From: Novakomyces olei
Lineage: Eukaryota
Assembly (NCBI GenBank): GCA_016906335.1
Contig: JADEYG010000005.1
Location: 248,001-312,000, forward strand
Direction of reading: 5' to 3'
DNA: 64,000 bases
The notes under the pieces are model-generated. The model saw nothing but the letters and a program-made list of their open reading frames with translations, ran no database searches and had not been told where the DNA came from. Below, piece after piece: positions 1 through 17,983 of this stretch. The translations under genes and the position numbers were made by a program. Numbering within the stretch: the first letter of the stretch is position 1; each line of letters opens with the position of its first letter.

Positions 1-1
1 C

Positions 2-553
2 TCACAACCTGCCTCTGGGCCAAAAGACTTTAGTTTTTCATTTAAGCCCGCACAGGATTCTGCTGCTCAGTCTTCGGCAGATGGTAAATCATCCACTGCA
101 GGTTCAGGAGGAGCCTTCAGTTTTGGAGGAGGAGGAGGAGGATTTTCAAATGCTTCTCAGCCACCAAATTCTCCGTTTACCCCATCAAATGCAGCAGCTC
201 CCTCAACTCCTCAATCGGCTTTTGGCCAGTCTACAGGATTTGGGCAAAGTAGTCCAGGGTTTGGGCAAAGTACAGGGTTTGGACAGTCTACAGGGTTTGG
301 CCAGTCGGCTCTAGCGCCTTCTCCAGTGCCTCAGTCGCCCCTACCTGCCTTTGGGTCTCAGCCACAGCAACAAAATTCTGCTTTTGCTCCTCAAAACCCG
401 TCAGTATTTGGCAGTGCTCCAGACGGCGAGCCACAGCAGTCACAGCAGCCGTCTGGGTTCCAATTCAATGTTGGTGCAGCGCCTTCATCGAATGCTAATG
501 CTCCACCGGGACGCAAAATTGCACCAATGAGAAGGCGGAGAACGGGACGCTGA
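2..553 (+). CDS. 3' end of an FG-repeat nucleoporin (Nup1/Nup124/Nup153-like); 5' part lies outside the window
   Basis: Frame open from nt 2: FSF, FSFG, repeated GFGQS units, FQFN, ending in the basic tail GRKIAPMRRRRTGR*, typical of Nup1-class C-termini. Confidence 0.8.
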   Translation, partial: SQPASGPKDFSFSFKPAQDSAAQSSADGKSSTAGSGGAFSFGGGGGGFSNASQPPNSPFTPSNAAAPSTPQSAFGQSTGFGQSSPGFGQSTGFGQSTGFGQSALAPSPVPQSPLPAFGSQPQQQNSAFAPQNPSVFGSAPDGEPQQSQQPSGFQFNVGAAPSSNANAPPGRKIAPMRRRRTGR

Positions 554-860
554 TTTATTTATTATTACTGTTTAAGCAACAGCAATAATAGACATCATTC
601 TTTTATTTTCTCTATATTTCTTCAAATGATTATTTTTTTCGTCCATAATTTTGTCCATCAGAACCTGTTTCGAGTCGGGTTACGAGCATAGTCTCACATG
701 CACGTTTCTACATGATTAATACATTTGTGTAAAATATCAACGCTAAATAATGGTAAAAACAAGTTGTGAATAGTAAAACAATATTTAGAATTAATGTATA
801 AAGCAGGCTCGAAACAATTATGAACATAATCTTCAGACAATATGGACTAAACCAGCTTGA

Positions 861-6258
<5,398 letters not shown>

Positions 6259-6651
6259 ATTCTTTTCGTCTTTTTTAGGTTTCTCCTGTAAGTGAACCTT
6301 AGCAACGATCGTCCATCGCAACTCTCAACAAAGCGTCGAATTGTCGCAGACGGATATTGCCGCAAACAGTTCGCCAACCGCTAAATTATTAAGCCTAAAT
6401 AACCATTCTGACCCGTAATTATATCCATTGCTGCTCAGCATAGTTGGGCCATATGCGCTGCTAATCGTCGCCGCTGGTTTATTTACTGACATGCATTTAT
6501 TTAATGTATTTTTTACTAATGTATTTATAATTATGTAATTTTATTTAATTTATTTATTTATTAATATGTGCTATTCGCTAGCAATCTCTGTTTCGGTAAT
6601 CTCATTTCGCCCGCTCTATGACGAATTGTTATCGCCCATTCAATGGCGTAC

Positions 6652-6695
6652 TACCCTAACTAACCCTAACAGATGAGTACCCTAACTAACCCTAA
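6652..6695. promoter_or_regulatory. Duplicated 18-mer TACCCTAACTAACCCTAA (four CCCTAA hexamers) in the DIP2/Exo84 divergent promoter
   Basis: Exact copies at 6652-6669 and 6678-6695; a regulatory role is inferred. Confidence 0.55.
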
Positions 6696-6793
6696 TAAAT
6701 GCGCTAATGTATATAGATCTCCCGTATAATAAACACTGTGCAGCTTATATTAGTGTATACACAGTAGGCCAATGACGCGAGTCTCCAAGCACA

Positions 6794-9070
6794 ATGAGCT
6801 TGGACCGGCTGCGTGGTAAACGCAGCAACGGCAATGCTTCGCCGGCAAAGCCACCGCCTTCGTCATTCTCGACGTTCCGTCCCAAAGATGTCGACTCGAC
6901 AAAGGTGGGCCGCAAGAATTGGGCAATTGCTGACATACAGATTGATGAAATGATTGGCCGACGGCAGTCTGTACGGTACGATATGCGAAGCGTGCAGCCG
7001 CCAGCAGAGAGACCAGGGCAGGTTTATGTCGATTTCGATACAGAGGCATTGAAAAATTCTAGTGTCAGTGTGGACGAGTGTAAGCGGCCTGTTTTGCCTT
7101 GTCGGTTTGTTTATTGCATTTTAAATGATTTAAATTGATTTTAAATTGATTTTAAATTGATTTTAAATTGCCTTCTAGTCAACTAACGTCAAAGTTATGC
7201 GCGACCGTCTGCAGGGTGCTTCAGAACAAGATCTGGACAGAGTCGCTGCATTATTAACGCGCGAGAAATCTAAAGCGGGAGAGCTTTTGAAGCAATCCGT
7301 GTTCCATGATTACGAGCAGTTCATCCTCATGTCAAGGGAAATAACCGGCTTAGACTCGGAGATGGCGGGCTTGCGAAAACAGATCGATAGTCTGCGCTTA
7401 CTGGGCGAACAGCTTTTTGCCTTTGACACAAACGAACGCGAGGCAGCCGTAGCGGAGAATGATTCGCCGATAGAAAGGCAGCGAAGAAATCGTGGTAAAA
7501 GGGATTCAATATTAGAGCTAGAGACGCTTTACGTTAGCCAAATGAAGTCTTTATGGGAACGCGTAGAGGGCTCACAGAACTTTTTGCCTGCTCTCCCTGG
7601 CCGGCATGTCATATATGAGTCTGGCAAATGGATCGAGTTAAATTCTGCCACTTGGAGACGGAAACGGATGGTCCATCTGATCTTGTTAAACGATGGATTT
7701 TTAGTTGCGATAAGGAAAAAGGCTAAAGCCTCGGCCACTTCTACACCGTCCGCAAAAGTGGATCAATCAGCACCAGTAAAACTGGTAGCAGAACGATATC
7801 TACCTGTTGATGATGTAATGCTTACCAGCATTAACGAGTCCTCTGTAACCCGGCCAGACGTGCAGCCAAACTCTGCACCGTTGGCACTGAAGTACGCTAT
7901 TAGCATTACGTTCGGGAACGAACGGATTGTTGTGCAAACCAACTCGGACGAGGAGAAGAAGAGATTACTATCATATTTTTCATCGCTCATGAGCGATATC
8001 AGACGATTAAAGCAGAAAGCATCAAAGAACGAGTCCAATTTTCGAAGTATCATCGTCTCATATCCATTTACTTGTTCATTGTTCTTTTTTTTTTACTTTT
8101 TTTTTTTAAAAAAAATTTTTTCCGTTGCTAATACGTTTAGACTCAATTTATACGCTAGCAAGTCAAGATGATAACGAAAGCTCCTCTGGAAGACCGTATA
8201 GCAATGCTGATCTATATCGGTCGCTATCAAAAGGCGAATATCAGCGTCAGGGAACGAGTGAGAGCTCTGCGCAAGAACTGCGTCGAATGCAAGAAGATTT
8301 GGATTTGATTGATATAGCAGTAGCCCATAGGGATCTTGAGGACGCAGTGAAATGCTTTGGACGTGGACTTGACTATGCGCGACGTGCGAAATCTGACCAA
8401 ATAGCCTCAGAGCTCATACTGCTGCGCTACGATGAGCGTGCAAATATACTGAGCAATATGATTTGTAAAGATCTGGAACGCTATTCTGCTATGAAGAATA
8501 GAGTTTGTGTTTTAGTTCGCTTTTTACAAAGCCTAAACTTTCAGACAAGAGCACGAGATACATTTTTAAATGCTCGCTCTAATACAATCAGACTAAGGCT
8601 CAGGTCAGTAAATTTAAATGGGTTTTACTAATCGCTAGGCGGATTAAATACGAGGGTGATATTCCGACTTACATCTCGGACATTTCTGTCGTACAATTCA
8701 CACTGATAAAAAACACGGCACAGATTTTTCAGGAGGCGTTCAAGGACCCGGAAATGTCTTCTGCCTTTGTCGTCTGGACAAAACGAGAGATTGATAGTAT
8801 GCGTCCTCCCTTTTTTTACGCTCGAACAATTTATTGTTTATTTGCATAGATAGTGCTCAGATTTTTCTTTATATTCTAACAAGTCTCTTATACAACCTGT
8901 ACTAAACTGCAGATTTCAATGCATTGGTCCAGCGACAATTGAGCTCTGCGGATTCGGAACCGAATGTCCGCATGGAGGCAATCAACGCTATAAAACAGCA
9001 GTCGTCGATTCTTCACAAGGTCGGAATCGACGTTAATTATTTACTAGCAGACCTGTTTCAGCCAGAGTGA
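6794..9070 (+). CDS. EXO84: Exocyst subunit Exo84; introns 7080-7194, 8047-8140, 8604-8638, 8797-8912
   Basis: Vps51-like segment (VFHDYEQFILMSREIT), LWERVEGSQNFLPALPGRHVI, PH domain (VHLILLNDGFLVA), C-terminal helical domain (YEGDIPTYI, SAFVVW, VGIDVNYLL). Confidence 0.9.
7119..7170 (+). repeat. (TTTTAAATTGA)n repeat, about 4-5 units, in Exo84 intron 1
   Basis: Direct reading. Confidence 0.85.
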
Positions 9071-9224
9071 TGCGGGCAAGGTTTTCTAGTGTCCAAGGGT
9101 GTAAATGAGATTATGAATAGATAAGGTATTTACTGCGAACTGCTCTTCCGGAAAAGGTCGTTCGCTCTAATTGATGCGTTAAAAAAGCCTTTTAAAGTAG
9201 AGCTCTTCAAACACGAAAACCGTG

Positions 9225-11432
9225 CTAGCGTTTCTTTGTCTTGTACTTTTGCTTTTTCTTGTACGAATCCAAATGAGAAGAGCCCGATTTCGAGTTGCGA
9301 TCGGCTTTTGTCTTTTTATACATGCGCGCGTCAGCAGCAGAATTATTTTGCTTGGCTTTCTTCTTTTGCTGCTGTTGCGGCTGCCCGTTCAGAGATGCAA
9401 ATGATTTTCCCTTTGCCTCTTTCTTTTGCTGATCAGTAATGAACCAAGTCCGAGCTGGCCGCGACTTTATTTCGCTTTCATGCTCAAGCAGATTCTGACT
9501 CTTTCGCAACTCCATTTCTGCCTGCTGCAGTTTTTTCTCCTCAATTTCCTCCTGCAAAACTGCATCAATCTCTGAAGCAAATCCTTCTATCTTTTCCTGT
9601 AGAATTTCCAGCTCTTCCATATTCTGGTGCCTACTGGCAACACGGTTGCCTTGTCTCTCTGCTGACTTTACCGCTTCTTTTGCGATTTTACGATCATTTT
9701 CTCCGGCAAAGGTGATCGCTCTTCCCTTTCTGCCGGCGCGAGCAGTACGGCCGACCCGATGAAGATATATATCAAATGACTGAGGAACTTCATAATTGAT
9801 CACAACTTGTATGCCTTTAATGTCGAGGCCACGGGAGGCTAAATCCGTAGCCAAAAGATAATCAGTTTTACCGTTCCGAAAATCTTCCAGAGCTCTCAGC
9901 CTTTGCTCTTGCGATAAGCTTCCGTGAAGCTCACCTGCTTCGAGACCAAAGAGAGCAAATAACACTCTCATACGATGAGCAAAACTTTTGCTTCTAAAGA
10001 AAATAATCGTTTGGGTATGGAAATGCTTTAAACAAAGATCAAGCAGCATAGCCGGCCTTAGCCCTTCTCTCTGAGGTCTGACCCTGATAAACTCTTGTGT
10101 CAAATTGTCCGCTATCGATTTCTTTGCATCAATCATTAGTCTAACGGGTTTTTGTAGGGAGAGACGAATAAGATCATCGACTTTGTCTGTCATTGAGGCG
10201 GAAAACAGCATGGTTTGCCGACCTCGAGGGCAAAGGCTGATAACCTGGTTCAATTCTTCCGCAAATCCTTCTTCCAGCATTCTGTCCGCCTCGTCTATTA
10301 CCATAATTTCAATGCCATCGACAAAGACGCCCTTTGAGTTCCGAACATGATCGATAAATCTACCAGGCGTTGCTACAACAATATCCGGTTTCAAGCGTAA
10401 TTCAGCTTCTTGCGATTTAAGCGATAGTCCACCGACACACAGACAGCAAGAGATATCTGTATAAATAGCGAGTTGCCTTGCCACCTTGTGACACTGTGAG
10501 GCAAGCTCACGAGTGGGACAAAGGACAAGCACTCGAATAGCTGGCTCCTTTCTCGATCGATATAAAAGTCTTTCAAGAATTGGTATCAAAAATGCTGCAG
10601 TTTTGCCACTACCGGTAACGGCTCGGCCCACTATATCTTTTCCCATAAGAGCCACGGGGATTGCTTTGGCTTGAATCGGTGTTGGTGTAGTAAATTTCAT
10701 TGCTGTTAGAGCTTTTAGAATTGGCCGAGATATATTCATAGATAGAAAAGCCTTGGATAAAGGCCGATCTCCACCCGCTTCTTCTTCAGGGGCAGCAAAA
10801 AATTCTTTTTTCTGACGTTTTTGTTCCTCTGTCTCAGAGTCACTGTCAGAGTCACTCGATCCAGATGCTTCGCTTTGTGTATCTTTATCAGATCCTTCTT
10901 TTACAACTTCATCAGCCTCCTCTGATTTCTGTTCTAATTCTAATTCTGCTTTGTTATCATTTTCCAATTCTTCATTCGCTTCCTCCTCTGACTCATTCTG
11001 ATCGCTTCCAATGTCAGAGCTTTCGTCATCTGAATCGGACCCGCCCGAGCCAACACTGCTAGTACCTTTATTCTCATTTTGAAAAGCTTCCACCGCCTTT
11101 TCCTCTGCTTTATTTGCCCTTCGCCGACTAATAATTGCCTTCAAATCAACATCAACTTTTCGCGTTCGTTCCTCTTCCTGACCTTGATCGTCTGCCACAG
11201 ATCTGTTTGTAGCATATAGCGGTCCGTCTACTACATTTTCAAAACTGAAATTGTCATTAAAATCTTTCTGAGTTTGCGCTCTTTTCCGTTTCTTGCTCGG
11301 TCTCTTTTCTGCACCGCGTCCCTCATCCACATCAGACCCACCTTCTTCCGCTGGAGACTCGTCGTGGTCAGAAATAGCATCAGAATCAGAGATTGTCATA
11401 ATAAAATCAGTGGCCATTCGTCGGGAAGGCAT
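9225..11432 (-). CDS. DRS1: DEAD-box RNA helicase Drs1/DDX27 (60S biogenesis), intronless
   Basis: PTPIQ, AVTGSGKT, PTRELA, TPGRFIDH, DEAD, RGLDI, HRVGRTARAGR; family-specific SRPARTWF tail and acidic N-terminus. Confidence 0.95.
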   Translation of the reverse strand: MPSRRMATDFIMTISDSDAISDHDESPAEEGGSDVDEGRGAEKRPSKKRKRAQTQKDFNDNFSFENVVDGPLYATNRSVADDQGQEEERTRKVDVDLKAIISRRRANKAEEKAVEAFQNENKGTSSVGSGGSDSDDESSDIGSDQNESEEEANEELENDNKAELELEQKSEEADEVVKEGSDKDTQSEASGSSDSDSDSETEEQKRQKKEFFAAPEEEAGGDRPLSKAFLSMNISRPILKALTAMKFTTPTPIQAKAIPVALMGKDIVGRAVTGSGKTAAFLIPILERLLYRSRKEPAIRVLVLCPTRELASQCHKVARQLAIYTDISCCLCVGGLSLKSQEAELRLKPDIVVATPGRFIDHVRNSKGVFVDGIEIMVIDEADRMLEEGFAEELNQVISLCPRGRQTMLFSASMTDKVDDLIRLSLQKPVRLMIDAKKSIADNLTQEFIRVRPQREGLRPAMLLDLCLKHFHTQTIIFFRSKSFAHRMRVLFALFGLEAGELHGSLSQEQRLRALEDFRNGKTDYLLATDLASRGLDIKGIQVVINYEVPQSFDIYLHRVGRTARAGRKGRAITFAGENDRKIAKEAVKSAERQGNRVASRHQNMEELEILQEKIEGFASEIDAVLQEEIEEKKLQQAEMELRKSQNLLEHESEIKSRPARTWFITDQQKKEAKGKSFASLNGQPQQQQKKKAKQNNSAADARMYKKTKADRNSKSGSSHLDSYKKKQKYKTKKR

Positions 11433-11848
11433 GATGACCTATCTATGCTCAAGGCTTTTGCCTTTACTCTTGCAGGTAAAGATTGGCTTTGATCTAAAGA
11501 ATTTAGTTCCTATAAAAACGGTCAAAAAAAAAAAAGGTAAAATCAAAGTTAAAATTAAAATAAAACTGAAAAAAATTATTTAGTCGTACAAGAAAATACC
11601 AAGTTTATGATGGTAAATTTATGTAATTAATCTGTTGCATATAATTTGTATTAAATATTCACGAGTAGTCTTCAATTCTATGCTTTTTCGTAAACGGTCT
11701 CCAGGTTAACCCTAAAAACTATGTCAAAGATTAAATATATCAGCAAGTTCGCGTAAAAAAAAAATTATAAATTAATAGTCAGAAAAGATCTGAATTAGAG
11801 CAATTTCAATCTGATCTTTGATTGCCAAAAGAGTGCTAATTCAGCACA

Positions 11849-14800
11849 ATGGGGAAGAAGGACAAGAAAGGTGGCAAGGCTCGTTTCGATGATGACTGGG
11901 AGAACGAGCTGGGCGAAGATTTAGCAGCGGCCGGAAACCCTGGTGAAGAGGAAGAGCCAGCTGCAGCAGACTCACCTCAGAATCCTCCAGCAAAAGCGGA
12001 TCAAGAAGCAGCCGTGGAAGAAGATGAAGGCGATTTGATGTCCACTATAAGGAAGAGTAAGAAAAAAGGTAAATCAGGCGGTAAACAAAACCAGCAAAAT
12101 GATATTGACGAAGACGGCGGCGTCGATTATACCATAGATTCCGCTGACAAGCCTTTGAAAAAACTGGCCGAACCTAAACTCGAGCCGGAGCCTGAGCCTG
12201 AAACTTTCAGGGTTAAGACAAAGAAAGAAAAAGAACGCGAAAAGAAAGAGAGGGAGAAAGCGAAAAAGAAGACATCTGCTGGCAATCAGCAGAAACAGGG
12301 ATCAAAGAAAGAGCAAGATAATGATGACGTGAACACAATGACGGAAAAGCTAGAGCAAACATCTGTTGATGATCCCTCGCTCTCGGGCAAAGCCGCAAAA
12401 GGCAAAAAGCCCAATGCCAAAATGACAGCTCTCCAGAAAATGGTTGAAAAGCAGCGTCAAGCTGAGGAAGAAAGACGCCAGCAGGAAGAAGAAGAGCGTA
12501 AGCAAATAGAAGAAGAAGAGCGTCGTATTGCGGAGGAAGAAAGAATCAAGGAGGAAGCACGGTTAAAAAAGAAGGAAAAAGAGCGACAAAAGAAGGAAGA
12601 GCTAAAAGCGCAGGGCAAGTACCTGACCAAGAAACAAAAGCAGGAACTCGCTGCCAGTGAGCTGCGCAAACAGCAAATGTTAGCTGCTGGCACGGTCAAT
12701 GTCGCAGGTCTGCACAAAGGACCAGACAATAAGAAGAAGGCAGATAAAAAGAGAAAGCCGGAAAAGCCCGAGGCCGCAGAGGAGTCGGGCCAAGAAAAAG
12801 CAGCTGCGGTAGAAGCAAATGACGAGAAAGTAGACAATAGTACTCCCGGCCACGAGGGCACAAGTGCTCAAGCTGACACTGCCGTAGAACCAGAACTCGA
12901 CGATGTTCCCGATGATTGGGAGGCGGCATTAGACAATCAGGAGGAGGAGGAAGCAGACGGGGTCGCTGATTCATGGGAGAACTTTCTCGAAAATGGAGAT
13001 GGCAAAGACCAGACAGTGCCTGATTCCCCGACTAGAACAGAAGCTGGTATAAAAGCCAAGTTTGATGGAAAGGAGAAAGCGAAACCTTTGCAGGCGCAAA
13101 CCCTAACCCTTTCCTCTAGCAAACCAGCGGCGTCAGCGGTGACCAACGGCAGTTCTGACGGCAGTTTTGACGGCAGATCTGTAACAGAAACTAAAGCAAA
13201 GCAGCCACAGACGGCACAAGCACCTGCAGCGACAACTGCACAGGCGTCGAGCAATCTCCGTTCTCCAATTTGCTGTATTATGGGCCACGTGGACACGGGC
13301 AAAACGAAGCTGCTGGATAATATCCGCCGGACGAACGTGCAGGAAGGAGAGGCAGGTGGGATCACTCAGCAAATAGGAGCGACGTATTTCCCTATGGAAA
13401 ATATTGCCAGGCGGATCCAGGTAGTGAATAAGGACGGCAGTCTCGACTTCCAGCTGCCTGGCCTACTGGTCATTGATACGCCGGGCCACGAGTCCTTTAC
13501 GAACCTACGGTCTCGCGGCTCTTCGCTCTGTAATATCGCCATCTTGGTGGTGGATATAATGCACGGCCTTGAACCGCAGACCATTGAATCTATCCGCCTG
13601 CTGAGGGACAAGAGGACGCCCTTTATTGTGGCCCTCAACAAGATTGATCGGTTGTACGGATGGCAGCCAATCAAGGACAATGGCTTTGAGGATTCACTGG
13701 CTCGGCAAAAGAAGTCTGTTCAGCGAGAGTTTGCCGACAGACTTGACTCTGCTAAACTGGCACTAGCGGAGCAGGGCCTAAACTCTGAGCTGTACTACCG
13801 CAACAAGGATCAAGGCAGGTACGTTAGTATTGTCCCCACGTCTGCTCATACGGGCGAAGGTGTTCCTGACCTGTTAAAGCTGCTTGTTACGCTTACACAG
13901 AAACGTATGTCCAATAAGCTGATGTACCTGTCACAGCTGCAATGTACAGTGCTCGAAGTCAAAGTCATTGAGGGCCTGGGAACAACGATTGATGTTGTCT
14001 TGATCAACGGGATTCTCCATGAGGGCGATCGTATAATACTCTGCGGACTCGCTGGTCCTATTGTGACCACTATAAGAGCCCTGCTGACTCCTCAGCCCAT
14101 GAAAGAAATGCGTATTAAATCGCCGTTTGTTCATCACAAGGAGATAAAGGCAGCCATGGGCGTCAAAATTGCTGCTAATGATCTGGACAAGGCAGTGGCC
14201 GGATCACGGCTGCTGGTTGTGGGGCCAGATGATGATGAGGAGGAGCTGATGGACGATGTAATGGAAGATCTACAGGATTTGATGTCGAGCGTGGATAAGT
14301 CCGGGATCGGTGTCTACGTGCAAGCCTCGACACTAGGGTCACTGGAGGCGTTACTAGAGTTTTTAAAGCAGATGAAGATTCCCGTGTCCGGAATCAATAT
14401 TGGACCTGTGTACAAGAGGGATGTAATCAGGTGCTCAGCCATGTTGGAGAAGGCAAAAGAGTATGCAATTATGCTCTGTTTTGACGTTAAAATCGACCGT
14501 GAAGCTGAGGAGCTGGCGGAACAGCAGGGGATAAAGATCTTTTCTGCTAATATTATATATCATTTATTTGATGCCTTTAAAGCTCACCAGGAACAGATGC
14601 TGGAGCAAAAGCGTCAAGATAGTCAGGATACGGCAGTTTTCCCCTGCGTTCTCAAGACAATCGCCTCATTTAACAAAAAGGATCCAATTATTTTGGGTGT
14701 CGATGTTGTTGAGGGTGTTTTACGCACAGGAACACCAATTTGTGCCATTAAACCCGGGCCAGATGGGCCGCAGACAATCGATCTTGGCCGTGTCGTTTCC

Positions 14801-15046
14801 ATGGAATCGAACCATAAACCTGTGGATAAAGTGAAAAAGGGTCAGGCTGGTGGTGGAATTGCTATAAAGCTAGAGGCGCCCGACCAGATCTTGTATGGAC
14901 GCCAAGTAGATGACTCTGATCTCTTGTACTCCCACATTACTAGGGCCAGTATAAATACTCTGAAGGATCCAGCGTTTAGAAACGATGTTTCCAAGGAGGA
15001 ATGGCAGCTGATTGTGCAGTTAAAATCGCGGTTTGGCATTAATTGA
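11849..15046 (+). CDS. FUN12: Translation initiation factor eIF5B, intronless
   Basis: [55 protein letters not shown]; long charged N-terminus. Confidence 0.97.
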   Translation: MGKKDKKGGKARFDDDWENELGEDLAAAGNPGEEEEPAAADSPQNPPAKADQEAAVEEDEGDLMSTIRKSKKKGKSGGKQNQQNDIDEDGGVDYTIDSADKPLKKLAEPKLEPEPEPETFRVKTKKEKEREKKEREKAKKKTSAGNQQKQGSKKEQDNDDVNTMTEKLEQTSVDDPSLSGKAAKGKKPNAKMTALQKMVEKQRQAEEERRQQEEEERKQIEEEERRIAEEERIKEEARLKKKEKERQKKEELKAQGKYLTKKQKQELAASELRKQQMLAAGTVNVAGLHKGPDNKKKADKKRKPEKPEAAEESGQEKAAAVEANDEKVDNSTPGHEGTSAQADTAVEPELDDVPDDWEAALDNQEEEEADGVADSWENFLENGDGKDQTVPDSPTRTEAGIKAKFDGKEKAKPLQAQTLTLSSSKPAASAVTNGSSDGSFDGRSVTETKAKQPQTAQAPAATTAQASSNLRSPICCIMGHVDTGKTKLLDNIRRTNVQEGEAGGITQQIGATYFPMENIARRIQVVNKDGSLDFQLPGLLVIDTPGHESFTNLRSRGSSLCNIAILVVDIMHGLEPQTIESIRLLRDKRTPFIVALNKIDRLYGWQPIKDNGFEDSLARQKKSVQREFADRLDSAKLALAEQGLNSELYYRNKDQGRYVSIVPTSAHTGEGVPDLLKLLVTLTQKRMSNKLMYLSQLQCTVLEVKVIEGLGTTIDVVLINGILHEGDRIILCGLAGPIVTTIRALLTPQPMKEMRIKSPFVHHKEIKAAMGVKIAANDLDKAVAGSRLLVVGPDDDEEELMDDVMEDLQDLMSSVDKSGIGVYVQASTLGSLEALLEFLKQMKIPVSGINIGPVYKRDVIRCSAMLEKAKEYAIMLCFDVKIDREAEELAEQQGIKIFSANIIYHLFDAFKAHQEQMLEQKRQDSQDTAVFPCVLKTIASFNKKDPIILGVDVVEGVLRTGTPICAIKPGPDGPQTIDLGRVVSMESNHKPVDKVKKGQAGGGIAIKLEAPDQILYGRQVDDSDLLYSHITRASINTLKDPAFRNDVSKEEWQLIVQLKSRFGIN

Positions 15047-15295
15047 GGTTTTCTTCTTTGTTTTATATTACATACATTAATTTGAAAACTTTGTTTTTTC
15101 AAATTATCCCTGGACGTGTCTGTGTCTATCCAGCGTCATGCTTGCAAGGGTATGGCAGAAGGAATACGATTTTACACCTTGTTGCATGTGAGTAGCTCTA
15201 ACGATAGTCTAATAATGAAATGATAATCACGTATTAGATCAAAATAGCTTTCTTGTTTGTCTGTTTGTACTAGTATAAATATGTTATTTATTTAC

Positions 15296-15370
15296 ATTTA
15301 TATTCATATTCATATTCATATTCATATTCATATTCATATTCATATTCATATTCATATTTATATTTATATT
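15296..15370 (+). repeat. (ATTCAT)n/(ATTTAT)n hexamer repeat between convergent genes
   Basis: Direct reading. Confidence 0.93.
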
Positions 15371-15405
15371 ACCGTTTCAGACATTGAGGGTTGTACAAAA
15401 TTAGT

Positions 15406-17565
15406 TTACTGTTTAGGTTGGAAGTATCTTGACAAAACGTAATTGCCGCCGTCCGGTTTTCCAGCATTTACAGATTCATTATTTCGAAACACTTCTTCGT
15501 TTTCCGTATTTGACTGAGCAGGCGAAAGGTAAGGAGCTGCTTCTGCTGATGTATTTATTCCAATATTTTTGTCATTCTCTCCACTACACGAGCCCTTGTC
15601 TCCCGTATTTTGGTCAGCGTCTCCATTTGAGTTCTTTGAAAAGCCAGATCCATTTATGGCAGAGAACCTGCCTTGATTATGACGTAAAACAACAATCAGC
15701 TTTTCGTTTTCTTCAGAACTTCCTTCAGAATTTTCTTCTGCTTTTCTTTCATAGTCATCTGCACCAGGACTTGAAGCGGACTCTGACGGTGAAGGAGATA
15801 CATTTTCCTCCGGAAAATAATCGTTTGACTCGATTCTCCGCCTCCTTGTTCGAGGTCGATCTCGTGTTGACGCTATAAAACTTTCTTCATCGGATCCTGA
15901 TGAAGAATCAACGTATCTGACTCGTGTTCTGTTGCGAAGAGAGCGTTCTGCATTGGCAAAAGATTCTCGTAGTATTTCTTTGCGCTCCAAAGCTTGTTGA
16001 CGCTTGTTCCGTCGCTATACTTAGTATTTGATTGAATAATCTGGGTGAAATAATAGCGCCAAAACGATATAATCGACTGGATAGAAGGGGAAAAGTACAT
16101 AAATAAAACAAAGGAAAACACAATAAAATGAAATAGTAATCTAATCAAATTCGAAGAAACTCTTACCATTTCGCCCTCTTCTAATCTCGGTAGAATATAT
16201 TGCCTAATTTTAGCGGCCATCATACGCGTTGCATGCTCCATTTCATTTAAATTTTGGGTAAAATTCTGTAATTCAGTAGCGTTGCTTGCTACTGGGTGCC
16301 ATAAATACAAAACAGAGCTAGTATTTTTGCCTTGCTGCTGTTTGTACAGGCGAAAAGGCGAATCGCCTCTTCCTTCCACGAGCCAATAAGAATGATTATT
16401 CTCATCATGACCGATGGGGTACAATGCCAATGGGTTGTGCCGGTCGCCATGACGACGATCTCGAGTTGCATAAGCTTCTTCTATACACTTTCGAACAGCC
16501 GCAGAGCGACACAAACTGCAATTCACAAGAAAATCGATTATTTCCAACTGCAAAATCTGTTAGCAAGAATTAAAGAGACGAATTCGTAACGGTAGAATGA
16601 AGCAAGACATATATAGAACTGTGGAGAAAAGGGGTATTAGATTATCATGGCCATCTTTATTCGGCCTGAATTGTTTATTGTTGGGAATATAGAACGACAA
16701 TCAAAAAATACTGAGTATGCAATCCTCAAATATTGTATCGAAATGCGCAATGAATACAACGTCATTATGACCTTAAACCGTAATACAGAAGGCCGATTGA
16801 ATTAAAGCGTAAAAGCATTAAAATGCAAAGAAAAAATTAAAACGGGAAAAAGCAATATAATGCATGCAAGTGTAATTGTATTGTAAGAATTTAGCAAAGC
16901 TAAATAAATAAGATGAAAGAGTGGTATCACGAACGATTGAACAATAAATAATGAAAAATATTAAATAATCAATAATCAATAATCAATAAAGAATTAATTA
17001 ATGATTAATATTTAATATTTAATATTTAATATTTAATATTTAATAAATACCAAAATAATAATAAAAAAATGGTAAAATCAAAATATAACCTGAAAATAAA
17101 TAATTAAAATTCAAGCCTACTCTTATCCGAGGCTCAACATCATTCATGCCCCGATCTCCCGTCAAAGGATTAGTTCCATTCCATGCTGCGTTCCAGTCTG
17201 CACTATACGTTTTTAGGCATTCTTGTAGAGCATTCTTGTATCCGCCGATGCTAAGAAAAAAAGTTTAGTAAAACTGCAAATTCCGATTTTAGCATATTTG
17301 GATTGTTGCATACCTCACTGGCTTTTGCCTATTCATACTCAATGTAATAAGTCGGCATACAAACCGAACAAGAAGCTCAGACAGCTCATACGCGCTCACA
17401 CCTCTATAATCGCGTAAGCCTTTGAAAGCTTTAGTACTCGAATACTTACTCCTCCACATCTTGAGGACCAAAATCAGGCACGTGACCCTCAAATACTTCG
17501 CTAAAACGCGAACGGAACGCGACCGCGAAGGGCACGTAAAACAGGGACGACAGCTCGTTGGCCAT
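15406..17565 (-). CDS. Fungal WHIM1-domain chromatin-associated protein; introns 17404-17449, 17251-17313, 16548-17120, 16015-16166
   Basis: Spliced product MANELSSLFYVPFAVAFRSRF...DFGPQDVEEGV...LITLSMNRQKPV...WNAAWNGTNPL...RLEIIDFLVNCSL...PIGHDENNHSYWLVEGRGDSPFRLY...RSLRNRTRVRY; WHIM1/WSD-like motifs. The 3' end is uncertain. Confidence 0.7.
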
Positions 17566-17669
17566 AAGCCGCGTAAAAGAATGGGTGGAATGGCACTGAC
17601 GCCCTCTTTTAATATATATTTTTGAGCAATTAATATATTACGCGATACAAGTAATAGTCGCGACACAAA

Positions 17670-17845
17670 ATTAATAATAATTATTATTATTATTATATTA
17701 TTATTATATTACATTTTATTTTATTTTATTTCATTATATTTTATTTTATTTTATTTTATTTTATTTTATTTTATTTTATTTTATTTCATTATATTTTATT
17801 TTATTTTATTGTATTGTACTGTACTGTATTGTATTGTATTGTATT
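17670..17845 (+). repeat. (ATT)n/(ATTTT)n/(ATTGT)n compound repeat between the Lon 3' end and the WHIM1 start
   Basis: Direct reading. Confidence 0.92.
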
Positions 17846-17983
17846 AGAGTTTATTGTAGTTTTTTTATTTTCTCTACGCGCTATTACCGTTAAAATACAA
17901 CAGACAGAAACAGACTTGTGTTCAATTCACCATAAAACTAGACGCAAATAAAAAACTAAATTTCTAATGGACAGCATGATTTA

